Assembly (NCBI RefSeq): GCF_964194025.1 | Contig: NC_134470.1 | Location: 13,268,001-13,332,000 of the forward strand | DNA: 64,000 nucleotides | Direction of reading: 5' to 3' | Source: Convolutriloba macropyga | Lineage: Eukaryota | Part shown: one piece after another, positions 1-11,900 of the stretch | Numbering within the stretch: position 1 is the first letter of the stretch | How the letters are laid out: every line of letters begins with the position of its first letter | The notes under the pieces: generated by a model | What the model saw: only the letters and a program-made list of their open reading frames with translations | Told to the model about the DNA's origin: nothing | The model's database searches: none | Translations under genes and position numbers: made by a program

Positions 1-1031
1 AAATGTGATACGTATGTATACTTATATATCGAAACCTTTATGTGTACTAAATTATTTTACCCTCTATTTTAATATTTATATCATGCGCTTATAACTTGAG
101 TTATGACTTTTTATTATTCACATATAAAAATATTCCCGCTAGTCTACTATATTATTTCATATGTTGTTCACAGTATTTCATTATAAGTAATCACTATCTC
201 TAACTTATTATTTTATTATAATAATAAGTTAGAGATAGTGATTTGGCAAAGTTCGGCACCAAAGCAGAAAGGTCTACTAATCTCTGGGCATACGCACAAA
301 GACGTCCTGCACCCTATGAACAAACAACGAGACAAAAATCGCCAAGCACAGTAATGATGTCAAGCGACAAAAGCGAGGAGAAATAAAGATTCGCCATCGA
401 CATCGTGATACTACTTCCGTTGTCTCTTCTGTGAACTCAAATGTCTCTCGAGCCCTCACAGTCCGCAAACCCGCTAAACCACAGCCCAAACGAAGTCGTC
501 ACACGGTTGCGTCAAATGAAAATAACAATGCAACAGCCCCGGAACAACCTCTCATACCGATAATACCCGCCCCATCAACATCCTCATCACAAAATCCAGT
601 AACGTCCTCCGCTTCACAAGAACAACAAACAGCTCGACCACGCAAACCGACCCAATTTTATGGATTTGCAGATGCGGACATATCTCCAAAATGTGATACG
701 TATGTATACTTATATATCGAAACCTTTATGTGTACTAAATTATTTTACCCTCTATTTTAATATTTATATCATGCGCTTATAACTTGAGTTATGACTTTTT
801 ATTATTCACATATAAAAATATTCCCGCTAGTCTACTATATTATTTCATATGTTGTTCACAGTATTTTATTATAAGTAATCAGAATTTCTTTTAGTCAATC
901 TGAATTCAAGTTGCTTCTGCAAACGCTCTTAATTTACTTAAGACGATTTAGCTGTGGATTCGCATCGCGATTCCAATAAACCAATTCTGTAAAGTACACT
1001 TATTCAAGGATTCGCTCTGCGATTCCCAACA
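1..1031 (+). mobile_element. Probable rearranged LTR-retrotransposon remnant
   Basis: 1-192 is almost identical to 689-880. 692-1031 runs TGT...AATAAA...ACA like an LTR, and the preceding low-complexity ORF contains RPRKPTQFYG, reminiscent of post-integrase tails. No PPT or RT domain is visible. Confidence 0.35.
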
Positions 1032-2202
1032 CACTTTGAGATAGTGTATTTGTGACACACATCCAAGTCTGTTTGCAAAGCATAAGTATAACAGCGTGTT
1101 TCAAAAAACGCTCAGAATACTTCTTATCAGTCAGAACATTTCATTTTTTCTCTCATTTCATTATTTGAGTCAATTGCTCTCAAAATGGTTTTAAAGCTGC
1201 AACTTTTAAGAAAAAAAATTTCATGGGTTTTTTAAATTTTTGATATTAATTACATTTCCTTGATTTATTTTTTTTAAGCTAGGTTTTGTTTAAGAAAAGT
1301 AAAAATGAGGAAAAACGGTTCTTGTGTGTGATAAAAAATCAATATGTTTAAGATGTTTGGAACTCCTTTATTGAATGTCAGGTTTCGTCTTACAGCTGAT
1401 TTAGATTATGTTACAATTTTTGAACACTAAAAGTTAGCGCTCGCAGAAGTTATCAGTAACAAAGCTTGTATTTATTTTCCAACTGTGACAACAATTAATT
1501 CAACGACTTCATTTTGTGCATCAAGCTTGATATTGACNNNNNNNNNNNNNNNNNNNNNNNNNNNNNNNNNNNNNNNNNNNNNNNNNNNNNNNNNNNNNNN
1601 NNNNNNNNNNNNNNNNNNNNNNNNNNNNNNNNNNNNNNNNNNNNNNNNNNNNNNNNNNNNNNNNNNNNNNNNNNNNNNNNNNNNNNNNNNNNNNNNNNNN
1701 NNNNNNNNNNNNNNNNNNNNNNNNNNNNNNNNNNNNNNNNNNNNNNNNNNNNNNNNNNNNNNNNNNNNNNNNNNNNNNNNNNNNNNNNNNNNNNNNNNNN
1801 NNNNNNNNNNNNNNNNNNNNNNNNNNNNNNNNNNNNNNNNNNNNNNNNNNNNNNNNNNNNNNNNNNNNNNNNNNNNNNNNNNNNNNNNNNNNNNNNNNNN
1901 NNNNNNNNNNNNNNNNNNNNNNNNNNNNNTGCTTTGTGAAAGTTTAACTGCGTATGTGTGAGTTTAGAATGGTGTATGTTTTGTGTGGCTTATATGTATG
2001 GGAGCCAGCTCAATTTATCTTATTATCCTGCGACTTCTTCAGCTGATTAAAAGAAGATAACTTTGCAAAAACTTCAATTTATAAATATAGAGGCCGTAAC
2101 AAATTATTTCACAAACTTACTAAAAATCAATAAAATTCGACATTAGATATTGCAACATCCTCATGGGTTGTATGCAGGATTGCATTCAAAAAATTGCAAC
2201 AA

Positions 2203-3259
2203 TTATTTTCGCGGTACTCTTGGAGCCAATTGCATCATCACTCCAAAGGTTACGCAATCTTCCTCAGAAACGAACTTTGCAAAGTCCTTTTTCGAGATGA
2301 ATTCAAACAATCCTCTCTCATTCTGTTCAAGCTCCGCTGAAAACCTCATTTTGAAATCTTTTCTGTAAGCAGGTTCGCCAATGTTCGGGTTCTTTAGATA
2401 CAATGAAACAATCAATTCTTCGTCTTCTAGAAGATTCTGACTTTGTTCGTTCACACATGAAACGCATACCGAGATAAATTGACCTGTAGCATTTCGGGCA
2501 CCATTTAGAAAGATTTTGGGAACCACTGCAACTTTTATGTCAAAGTTGTGCCCAGGTGAGTGAAATTGATTGGCTGCTTTGATCTGCAACCTGACTGGTC
2601 GCGTCTTGAGAAACTTCAATTCGGGTTTGGTGGTCTGTTCCGCAAACCTAATCAAAAACAAATAATAAACAAACAACATACTCAACATAAACAACAACTC
2701 TGAAATATACTTCTCAGAGAAAGGAGAGAGTTGAAATTTTCATACTAGAACAATAGCAAATAGACAAAAGCATATAGCAATTAAAGAAAGAAATTCTGAA
2801 ATCTGTGGATGTTTGTTTTGTTCACTTGGAATTATAACACTTTTAAATTGTTTGAAAACCCTTAAAACCTGAATAAATTCAGCGATTATAAGGGAGTAAT
2901 CATAAACTTTCATTACAGAACAACTATTCGGATCTTCTTGCTAGTAAAACTATGATAAACAAATACAACTCGGTATATTTAGAGAATTGTAAAATTACAA
3001 AAATTCTCAAACAGTTGCTATTGTAAAAATAACGTCACTTTCGTTAAAACGAATCGCAAAAAATAAAGAAAATATTTGTAGTTACTTACCATTGTAATGT
3101 CGTCACATTTTTCAATTTGATAGCAAGCATGTTGCGATTACTGGAGACATTATTAAGAATAAATGTCGACACAGCAGAGTCGTTTAGCAAAATTTTATCC
3201 AAAAAATTTTTCAGCCGCAATCCGCTCAATGCTCCTCTTTCTTTTGGATAATTAACCAT
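2203..3259 (-). CDS. Two-exon gene, ~204 aa, probable MATH/TRAF-like domain protein
   Basis: Exon 1 3259-3090 (MVNYPKERG...KNVTTLQ, TG|gtaagt, phase 2) joins exon 2 2647-2203 (attag|G TTT GCG GAA...APRVPRK*), 615 nt in frame. The C-terminal pattern (VVPK..GQFISVCV...RGLFEFISKKDF...EDCVTFGV) resembles MATH-domain strands; the domain call is by eye only. Confidence 0.6.
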
Positions 3260-5010
3260 ATATAACTATTTTGTGAGACAAAAATTGAACTGAACTCTGG
3301 TGTGTTCAATTTGGTAATAATTTTTTAAGAATATCTTTTCATATTCGACTTCTTTGCTTTCTATTTATAGAGGATTGCATCACTACTATCGTCACAAGAA
3401 ACGCCAGATTCCATTACGGCTTGTGTTTACAGTTAGCTCTACAAAGCACCAAAATAAACAAAAAACACCTTTAAACTATAAAAAAATAATCGTGTTAGCT
3501 AATTCTATTTTTGCTATTCTAATACTCCTCCCGTAAGATTATGGTGACTTTCTGATTTTTTAAATGATTTCAAGGACAACTATTATATTTATACTTTTGA
3601 TTTTGCTTATGCTTTTATTAGATTACTTTTATTACGTCACAGGGAGTATCTTACAGCTGGAGCTTTAAAGTTGTAATCATTCGAAGCATTCCCAAATTCC
3701 GGGTTTATTTCCAAGTCATTTAAAAATTTCAACAGTACAGCAAAATAGCTTTTTGAACCACAATTTGGATATCTTTTTTATAGGAAAAATATTCTTTATT
3801 ATTCAACATAATAACAAAAAACGTTTGCACATAAATTTTCAAGCCTTAAAACTGCAAACCAACACATAGCCGGCAAATCGAGGGAAAATAAGCGCGAAAC
3901 TGACCGTTAAAGCCCTTATATAAAAAAAATACTGTGACAAAAAACTGTCGAACGAGCAAATAGAAATTCTGATTTCAAATCCTATTTTAATTTTTTGAAG
4001 CAAATTTCAAAACAAAAACCATGTCTTTCAATCAACATAGCTTTCTAATTATATAGTTTGGGTGGCCTTCAGTAACTTCCAATTAGAATTTATAGTCTCA
4101 ATTTATATTTAATAAGAGTGCAGGAGCAATTTTCTAAACTGATATTTGTTATAAATTTTTAAGAGTAATATATTTTTGTCTGATATTTGTTAAGTCCCGT
4201 TTGACCAAAAATATAGAGCCTGACCGAAAAATTAATATCAAAGAGAATAACAAGTGATGTTATGCACACAAATTCATCTTCGGAGTTTTAAATTTTTTGC
4301 GTGTGATCAAAAGGTTGCTACAAAAATAGGGAAAATGACGGATTAAAACATAGCCCGAAAAATCCGGAGTCCAGTCGAAGCGAATCTTGATTTAAACTAC
4401 ATGGGGACTAACTGCTCAAATAAACTATCCACTTCATTATAGTAAATTTTTCCGGAAAAAAATAAAAAGAAAAGTGACAGATTTTTCATAGAAATACTAA
4501 AAACTTGCTACTTCAAAAAACTCTAATCAAACTTCTCCTATAATTGCAGTGTTCCGAAAAGTATTCTCCATGGACCTTCAGACACTGACCTCTGTTCTGT
4601 TACAGTCCACACTAGATCCGGCACACTTAACAAAAAATGGAGAGTTAAACAGAAACTTTTCAAAATACGCCAACTTTTTATTTTTTCAGTTTCGACGTGA
4701 AAAAGAACACCAAAACAACTAAAAACTTTCTGATACTGCAAAAGTTAAAAATAGCCAACATTTGGATATAACTAGTAATTCAAATTCAGAATGATCATTT
4801 GGGCTCAAAAATGACCTGCTATTTTATTTGCCAAAAAAAATATGTGAGAACTAAAAAACTGCTCTGAAAAAGCCGCACGTGAACAAAAAATTCTAATCCT
4901 TGAACGATTTTTCAGACGCTTCCTTTTGTTTTTATCCCTTTCTACCTGAATAAGGCATGAAAAAAAGAACTCTCATTTTCTCTCTCCGAAAAAGTGCAAA
5001 ACATTTTTGC

Positions 5011-5374
5011 GGTTAAATGACAATTTACCCAATGCCATTATACCCAATGCCAAAATACCCAATGCCATTGTACCCAATTCAAATTTATAGTTTCGTTCCA
5101 TAATCCGAGTACTAATTGGCAGAGAATAGCTCTTACAAGTATGATTTAACAAGCGGATAATTTAATCCCATGTTCGGTTGTGATAGTTTCATATCAAGTC
5201 CCACGGGCCGCTGAGGCATGGCCATGGCCATTAAGTGTGTTGAAACATACGGGTAATAGCGACTGCTAATTTGTTGTCGGATTATTGAACGAAAATATCA
5301 AAGTACATTGGGTATAATGGCATTGGGTATATTGGCATTGGGTATAATGGCATTGGGTAAATTGTCCTGACACC
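5011..5374. mobile_element. Foldback-like MITE with 15-bp (TACCCAATGCCATTA) subrepeat arms
   Basis: Inverted arms built from tandem 15-mers, GGT...ACC ends, and an 8-bp TSD ATTTTTGC at 5003-5010 and 5375-5382. Confidence 0.85.
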
Positions 5375-5869
5375 ATTTTTGCAGACCGCAATATATAAAG
5401 CTTTTTTACACGTTCTGACAACAATAATCTTAAATTTTAAAACAACTATCGCATCATACAGAAACATGTGATACAAATAAATAACTTTTTAACAACAAAA
5501 TTGTAATAATTGGTCATGATTATTGTTGGCAGAGTACCCAAATTTGAAACACCACAAAACACTTAAGAATAGAGAACACTAACAAAAGCGGTCGGAACAA
5601 CAATTTCAAAATTCACAATCGTACTTTGAATCTTAAACACGCAGTGAGATAGCGCCTACTGCCGCATGGTACTTTGGAATAAAAGTTAAAGGAGGAAAAT
5701 TACCTTAACAGTTGTCTAAGCCAATCACAGAAACAAACTTTGTATCCTCACTGCTACTAATTTTCATCACATTATTTGAGGTGAGAGCTGATTTGAAAAA
5801 CAGTTTTCTTCGAGAATAAACTGACAATTTAAAACAATTTAACTTCAGACTACTCGCGTTCTAACGACA

Positions 5870-7974
5870 GATTAGCATTAGTTCTGTGGGTAGCTGCATT
5901 AGGAATAAGGTGGTAATCTTCTTTGGTTATCAGACCTTGATTTCCCTCTCCAGCAAACCATGCACAAAGCACCTACTAACGATCCAAAGAAACCGCATTG
6001 TGTTCTAATGGTTTTCGGTTTTAAAAGCAAATCCCGGTTGTCATGACGATGAGACAAATGGTATGAGGAAAAATCTATCGAGCAAAAAATCCCAAAAAAC
6101 TTATTTCGAGAACAATCATCGCAGTTTTTTGGACGCATCACTTTTTGCAAACATTTTTGCAAGTCAAAATGACCATATTCTTTCAAGTACAAAACTAAAT
6201 ACATTATTTTGGAACTATTTAGGAAGCCATTTGGACCCATCAATAGTGAGCTTTGATTTGATTTGTTCTGTTCTTTAGTTAACATGAAAAAGATAATTTT
6301 TTTAATAAAAAAGACCGACTGATTACAATCCGAAATACTTTGAATTATAATAGTCCAAGGTTATACCAAAACCAGCCCTGCTTTTGCTGTTCGTCCATTT
6401 AGAACACTCGATTGTTTCAAATTATTAAGATCTCGATAATTTGTTAGTTAAAAGTTCAAAAATAAATGCTGCGTTTTTGAAAATCATGGGTTAAATATAG
6501 CAAAAAAACGGCACAATTTTGATTCTAAGCTGCTCTAAATGGAAGTGGAAGTGAAAGTAGCTCTCTATGTAATTTGCAAAAATTGTGTTTGTTGTTTTTG
6601 TGTGTGTACTTCCGGCAAATTTAATCAAACTGGACTAAAGAAGCCTATTTCGTGCAATTTTTGATGAAAACGGCTGAAATTTGAAATATTTAGTCAAAAT
6701 TTTAGCCAAGAAAATTAAATCAAAACAGTCAATAATACTTTTTCGTCTCTGAAAATAAAATCAACAGTACTATTGTTAACAATTTTTTACAAATTTTGGC
6801 AAAATTTACAAAATTATAGGCAAATTTCTGGAAAATGTGAACAAAAAAACGGAATTCACTCTAATTATCTCAGATGTTTAAGCCTAATAACTCCCTGTAA
6901 AAAATGAAAAAATCTTTTTAATTCTGTATTCTAAGCTGAACGAGTTTTCTTTTGATACTAGTCTCAACTCTCTACGATGAATATATCGATCGGCGAAAAT
7001 TGTCTGAACAAAAGAAACCCATTTGAGTATATAGTTGCTCCCCCCTCAAGAGGGGTCGGAACAACTGAATTCGCACTTTCTAAATTAGAAATCAAGTACC
7101 ACGGCCATATATTTGTAATTCTTTTCAAAAGTGAATTTCTTCCTTCGAATCCAAAACGTGCTATTTTGTCTCGCGCAGCAACAAATGATGAGATTAACCT
7201 CTCCGAAAAGAACGAAATCGCTAATGCAACAAAAAAAATTGTGCTCCAAAAAACGTGCCGGAGATAGGAAAAACGTGAAAAAGAACCTACCAAAAGTTTC
7301 CTAAAATGTGAAAAAGACAAAAATAGCTCAAATTTGCATAAAACAAAGATTTATCATTATTTTAGGATGATCAAAAGCTCACAAATTTTACCTGTTAATT
7401 TATGTGCAAACAAATTTCTGCACCAATAAATTCATGTTTAAAACAAAAAAGCTGCTGTGAAAAGCCTGCTTTTATCGCTTTTTTCCTGTCTCCACATTGA
7501 CTTATGATTAAATCCAATCTCATTTTCTCTTGTTTGGCTTGTGCCCATTAGAAGATAATCAAAATCACTTAACATCACTAAAAAAACTATCGTTAAATGC
7601 GAGCGAGTGGCTGTGACACTAATCTTAAAACTGATTGGATATTGGTTCATAACTAAAACACGCCAGTAACAATAACAAATATACAACAGATCTACATACA
7701 CACCAGTTAACCAAAACGACTACTTATGAAAACGACTGTATTGTTATTTTAACTATCCGAATCAAACTATTCTATAGCTTGCTGATACTATATCTACTTA
7801 CGATTGCAATGTTGAGACATTTTCCACCTTGACAGCGAGCATGTTATGCTGAACATAGCAGTTGGTGAGAATAAATGTCGACACAAAAGAGTCATCTGCC
7901 AAAATGTGGTTCAAAAAGTTCTCCAATTGCGATTTGGCCAAACTTCTTTCTTCGTCTGAACGAGAAATTATCAT
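5870..7974 (-). pseudogene. Tandem paralog of the 2203-3259 gene: intact exon 1 (7974-7802), degenerate exon 2 (about 6283-5870)
   Basis: Exon 1 reads MIISRSDEERSLAKSQLENFLNHILADDSFVSTFILTNCYVQHNMLAVKVENVSTLQ, roughly half identical to the 3259-3090 exon, with the same phase-2 gtaagt donor. The putative exon 2 has ttttcat|G instead of AG, and remnants in shifting frames (LITKEDY vs FVSEEDC; TLFLMQLP vs TFGVMMQLAP). Confidence 0.5.
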
Positions 7975-8994
7975 ATATTACGAGACAATATAGTACACTG
8001 AAATTGTTTGGACGGAAATATTGAATGTTTTTGTAGTAAAAGTCGGATCTTTTTATACGCATTAATTTGGAAGAATACGACGCCTACGTAATGCATATTT
8101 TTAGATCATTCCTTGACGATGTACCTTACAAGGCATAAGAACAAATTATTCTTTTACGTAGATAAAAAACGACGAAAGCAAAAAATAAATATTCTTTTAA
8201 ATTGAGTTATCTTTCCGAATGTGCTCAAAAATGGTGACGTCTCGCCAAATAGAAGACGTACTAAAATAAAGAATTTTCAACGGATCTAAGTGTTTGAGCA
8301 AATCAACCACTAAATTTATGCGTTCAATTAAACTAAATTTGACATAGCTCACTTTTAGATTATATACTTTTCTGTGTGTGGCCATAGCCAAGACATAGAG
8401 GCCCGAACGAATTGATATGAATCTATCACAACCGAACGTGAGATCAGTTTCTCCCAAAATACGTTTCTTTTTCGGCTTAACGCTATTTCTGAAATTTACG
8501 CAAATTTACATAACACTCATATCATATTTTAAAACATAAGAAATTTGTTGAGCAATCAGACGACAATCAGAAATCAATATTATCATTTCCTCAATTCTGA
8601 GTGGCCATCAATCAAATTTCTACAATTTAATACGTCTGCCATTTTCACTAGCGCCCTCAAAAACATCTAAAACTGCACTTTAAATTACATCGTTGCCTGC
8701 AAATATTTACAAATATACGAGACTCATAATGCGTCACTATGAAACAGCTTATTTACATTGAATACAAACAATATACATTTAATTTCTGAAAAAAGAAACT
8801 GCTCATTATTTGGTACAGAACTATCGGAAGAGCTTCTTTTCGACGTTCAACGTTTTCAAATCTTACAAGCCTGTTATTATTTATAAATGTTTTTTTTTTC
8901 AATTAATTGTTGCAATCACCATATATGGAAACCGTAACGAAACAGTACTGTAAGAGTCCGAGTGTGTGTGAGTTTTCAAATGAACTTCAATAGT

Positions 8995-11900
8995 TCAGTT
9001 GATCTGCCAGAGACTTTCAATTGTGAATCCCTCTTTCGGTTTCTCAATCGCCAGTCCGAGTGTATCTGAGTAGACTACCTCTCTGCTATGTCCCTCTCCC
9101 TCCCAAGGTGCACCTGCACTGTAGTAAGCAGCTAGGGTGTCTTGATTACCTGTCTCGATCTCCACATCGTCCACCAAGTTTTCCAAAGCTAAAACAATTT
9201 TTATTGTCAGATATAGCGCCATACTGTAACATCATTTTGGTAGAGAAACACGAAAGCTTTTCAGTTTTCCTACCAAATCATTGACGTTTGATAGGATGCT
9301 ATTGCTTTTGGAGCGTGCACTGTTCTGTTAATAGAAAAACTTTTGAATGTAGGAACGGAAAATGTAGAAAAAAAATTGATCATTGGTTGTGAAAACCGAT
9401 TTATTGGCATGTTTCAATAATAGTTGTAGAAAAAAAGAATCTAAGATCGAAGAGGAAATAAACAATGTAGATCATCAACAAGGATGCTCGTTAATGTGAG
9501 TTCGCACATGATGTTCCGACCCGAGCTCATCTGCATATTTGACTCAATTGTCAACCTAATGATCACATAATTGAGCTCAAAGCCATGAAGTTATGGTGAA
9601 CAGACAAAACAGTCCCAGACAAAACAGTCCCGGACAAAACAGTCCCAAATAGCAAAATATTCCCAGACAAAACAGTCCCAGACAAAATAGTCCCAAGAAA
9701 CCAGACAAAACAGTCCCAGACAAAATAGTCCCAAGGCCATTATTATAGCTCTCACACGTATGATTTAACAAGCGGATAATTTAATCCCATGTTCGGTTGT
9801 GATAGTTTCATATCAAGTCCCACGGGCCGCTGAGGCATGGCCATGGCCATTAAGTATGTTAAAACATACGGGTAATAGCGACTGCTAATTTGTTGTCGGA
9901 TTATTGAACGAACATTTAAAAGTACATTGGGTATAATGGCATTAGGTACATTTTATTTGGGACTATTTTGTCTGGGACTGTTTTGTCTGGTTTCTTGGGA
10001 CTATTTTGTCTGGGACTGTTTTGTCTGGGAATATTTTGCAATTTGGGACTGTTTTGTCTGGGACTGTTTTGTCTGGGACTGTTTTGTCCGGACACGGAAG
10101 TTATTAGTACGAGTGATGAAAATTGCATCAGTCTAAAATGTCAGTTTGTCAGTACTAAATAAAATAAACAGTGGCGCAGTTGTGAACTGAGTGGAGAATC
10201 ATTACACAAGTGAAAACGGATTTATTGGTATGTTTCAATAGTTGTAGAAAAAAAAAGAATCTAAGATCGAAGAAATAAACAATGTAGATCATCAACAAGG
10301 ATGCGCGTTAATGAGAGTTCCCACATGATGTTCCGACCCGAGCTCATCTGCATATTTGACTCAATTGTCAACCTAATGATGACAAAATTAAAAATAGACG
10401 TTTGAGTTTAAAAAAAATCGTTATAAGACCGAACTACTAATTGAATTGCATAATACCATGCCTCATTACAGCGCTCACAAGATCTGCCATTAGAAAGACT
10501 ACGAGAAAGGGAAAAAAGCAAAATAAGCAAAAACAAAATTTTTCAGCGAAGGTGCTAAAAGAAGAGAAAAAGAAATACAAATATTGAACACTCACAAAAC
10601 TTATATGAAAACGCATTTTGTCCAACAAACAAAACATCAGTTACCACAGTATATCAATGGAAAAATGTTTTTCAGTTACAAGGAATTGGATGGAACCTCT
10701 CAATGATGAGAATAAATTTCAAGTTTACGAAAAGAACAAAAACTGAAAAGGAAAAATAAATCTTTGAAAACGAACAATATCGTAAACTTTAATACTATTT
10801 GCTATAAACTGAGTGCATTGAGCAGCATAATTAAATCAATCCTCATTTAAAATCTTATGAGAGCAGTCAGCATTTTACGACATGAAGAATTTAAAAAGCC
10901 AAAAACAGCAAATTAAAAAAAAATAGGGAGAAAAGTGTCTAAGCCAATAAAAGAAATTTTTGGTATAAATTTCTCTATTCTCATATTTTTTTAACAGCAA
11001 TGGAGTTCTTCTTTTTTAAACAATATGACTTCAAAAAATCAACAAGTATGAACAAACATAATTAAACTACGAAATTTTTTAGGAAACCCGTTATATCAAC
11101 GCCGTTAAAATCAATAAGTCTTATGATTATGAAAACAACAAATACATCCAAAAACCAAAAATTCAGTAGAAAAGTCCGAGAAGAAAGTGTCGAAGTCATT
11201 TAAACCATAAGCGTTTCTCTGAAAACTTTACCTATGATCCATTGGACGTCTTCTATAAGCCAATTGGAACTATCAATAATAGGATAATGAGATAAGATTT
11301 CAAAAGGAACCAAAATTACAAAAAAAAATCAAAAAAATTTTTTGAAAACTCCTGGCATTGAAGTCATAAAACCAATAGTTAGCAGATGAAACCACTTACC
11401 AGATTTATTTTGGTTACAGTAAAAAGGAACAGGCTTCTGTCATTGCTGAGACTGACTTAGAAGTCATGAAAATAAGTTTATTAATGTTTATTGTCCAAAA
11501 ATTTTTTTAAAGTTTTCACAGCCACTAATTCAATAGCTCTCAACGGAAATCAATAAATACGGTAACTTATGCCTCGATAAGGAATTGAAAGTGTTTTTCA
11601 TCTTAAAGTTATCATAAGACATCACAATTAGTCTTATGATTATGAAAACAACAACAAAAGCAGGCAAAAACCAAAAATTTTAGTAGAAAAGTGCAAGAAA
11701 GTGTCGAAGCCATTTAAACCATAAACTGTTCTCTGAAAACTTATCTAGGTTGCATTGAACACCTTCTCTAATTCTCTAAGGGACTTAGAACTAGCAAAAT
11801 TAGGATAATGTGATAAAATTTTAAAGGGAATCAAAATTTTAAAAAATGCACAATTAAAAAAAATACGAAAACTCGTGGCATCGAAGTCATGAAACCAATA

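Noticed and set aside
1485-1961. ORFs of X residues (also 22464-22832)
   Set aside because: They are artefacts of N gaps.
6964-7320. Overlapping 118-aa and 96-aa ORFs
   Set aside because: They have no recognisable motif and partly consist of a dispersed repeat that also occurs at about 13250-13340.
9577-10162. ORFs with LGLFC / RQNSP / VWDCF pentapeptide repeats, and a CRISPR-like look
   Set aside because: They are translations of the 15-bp tandem arms of a MITE. There are no unique spacers and no cas genes, and the context is eukaryotic.
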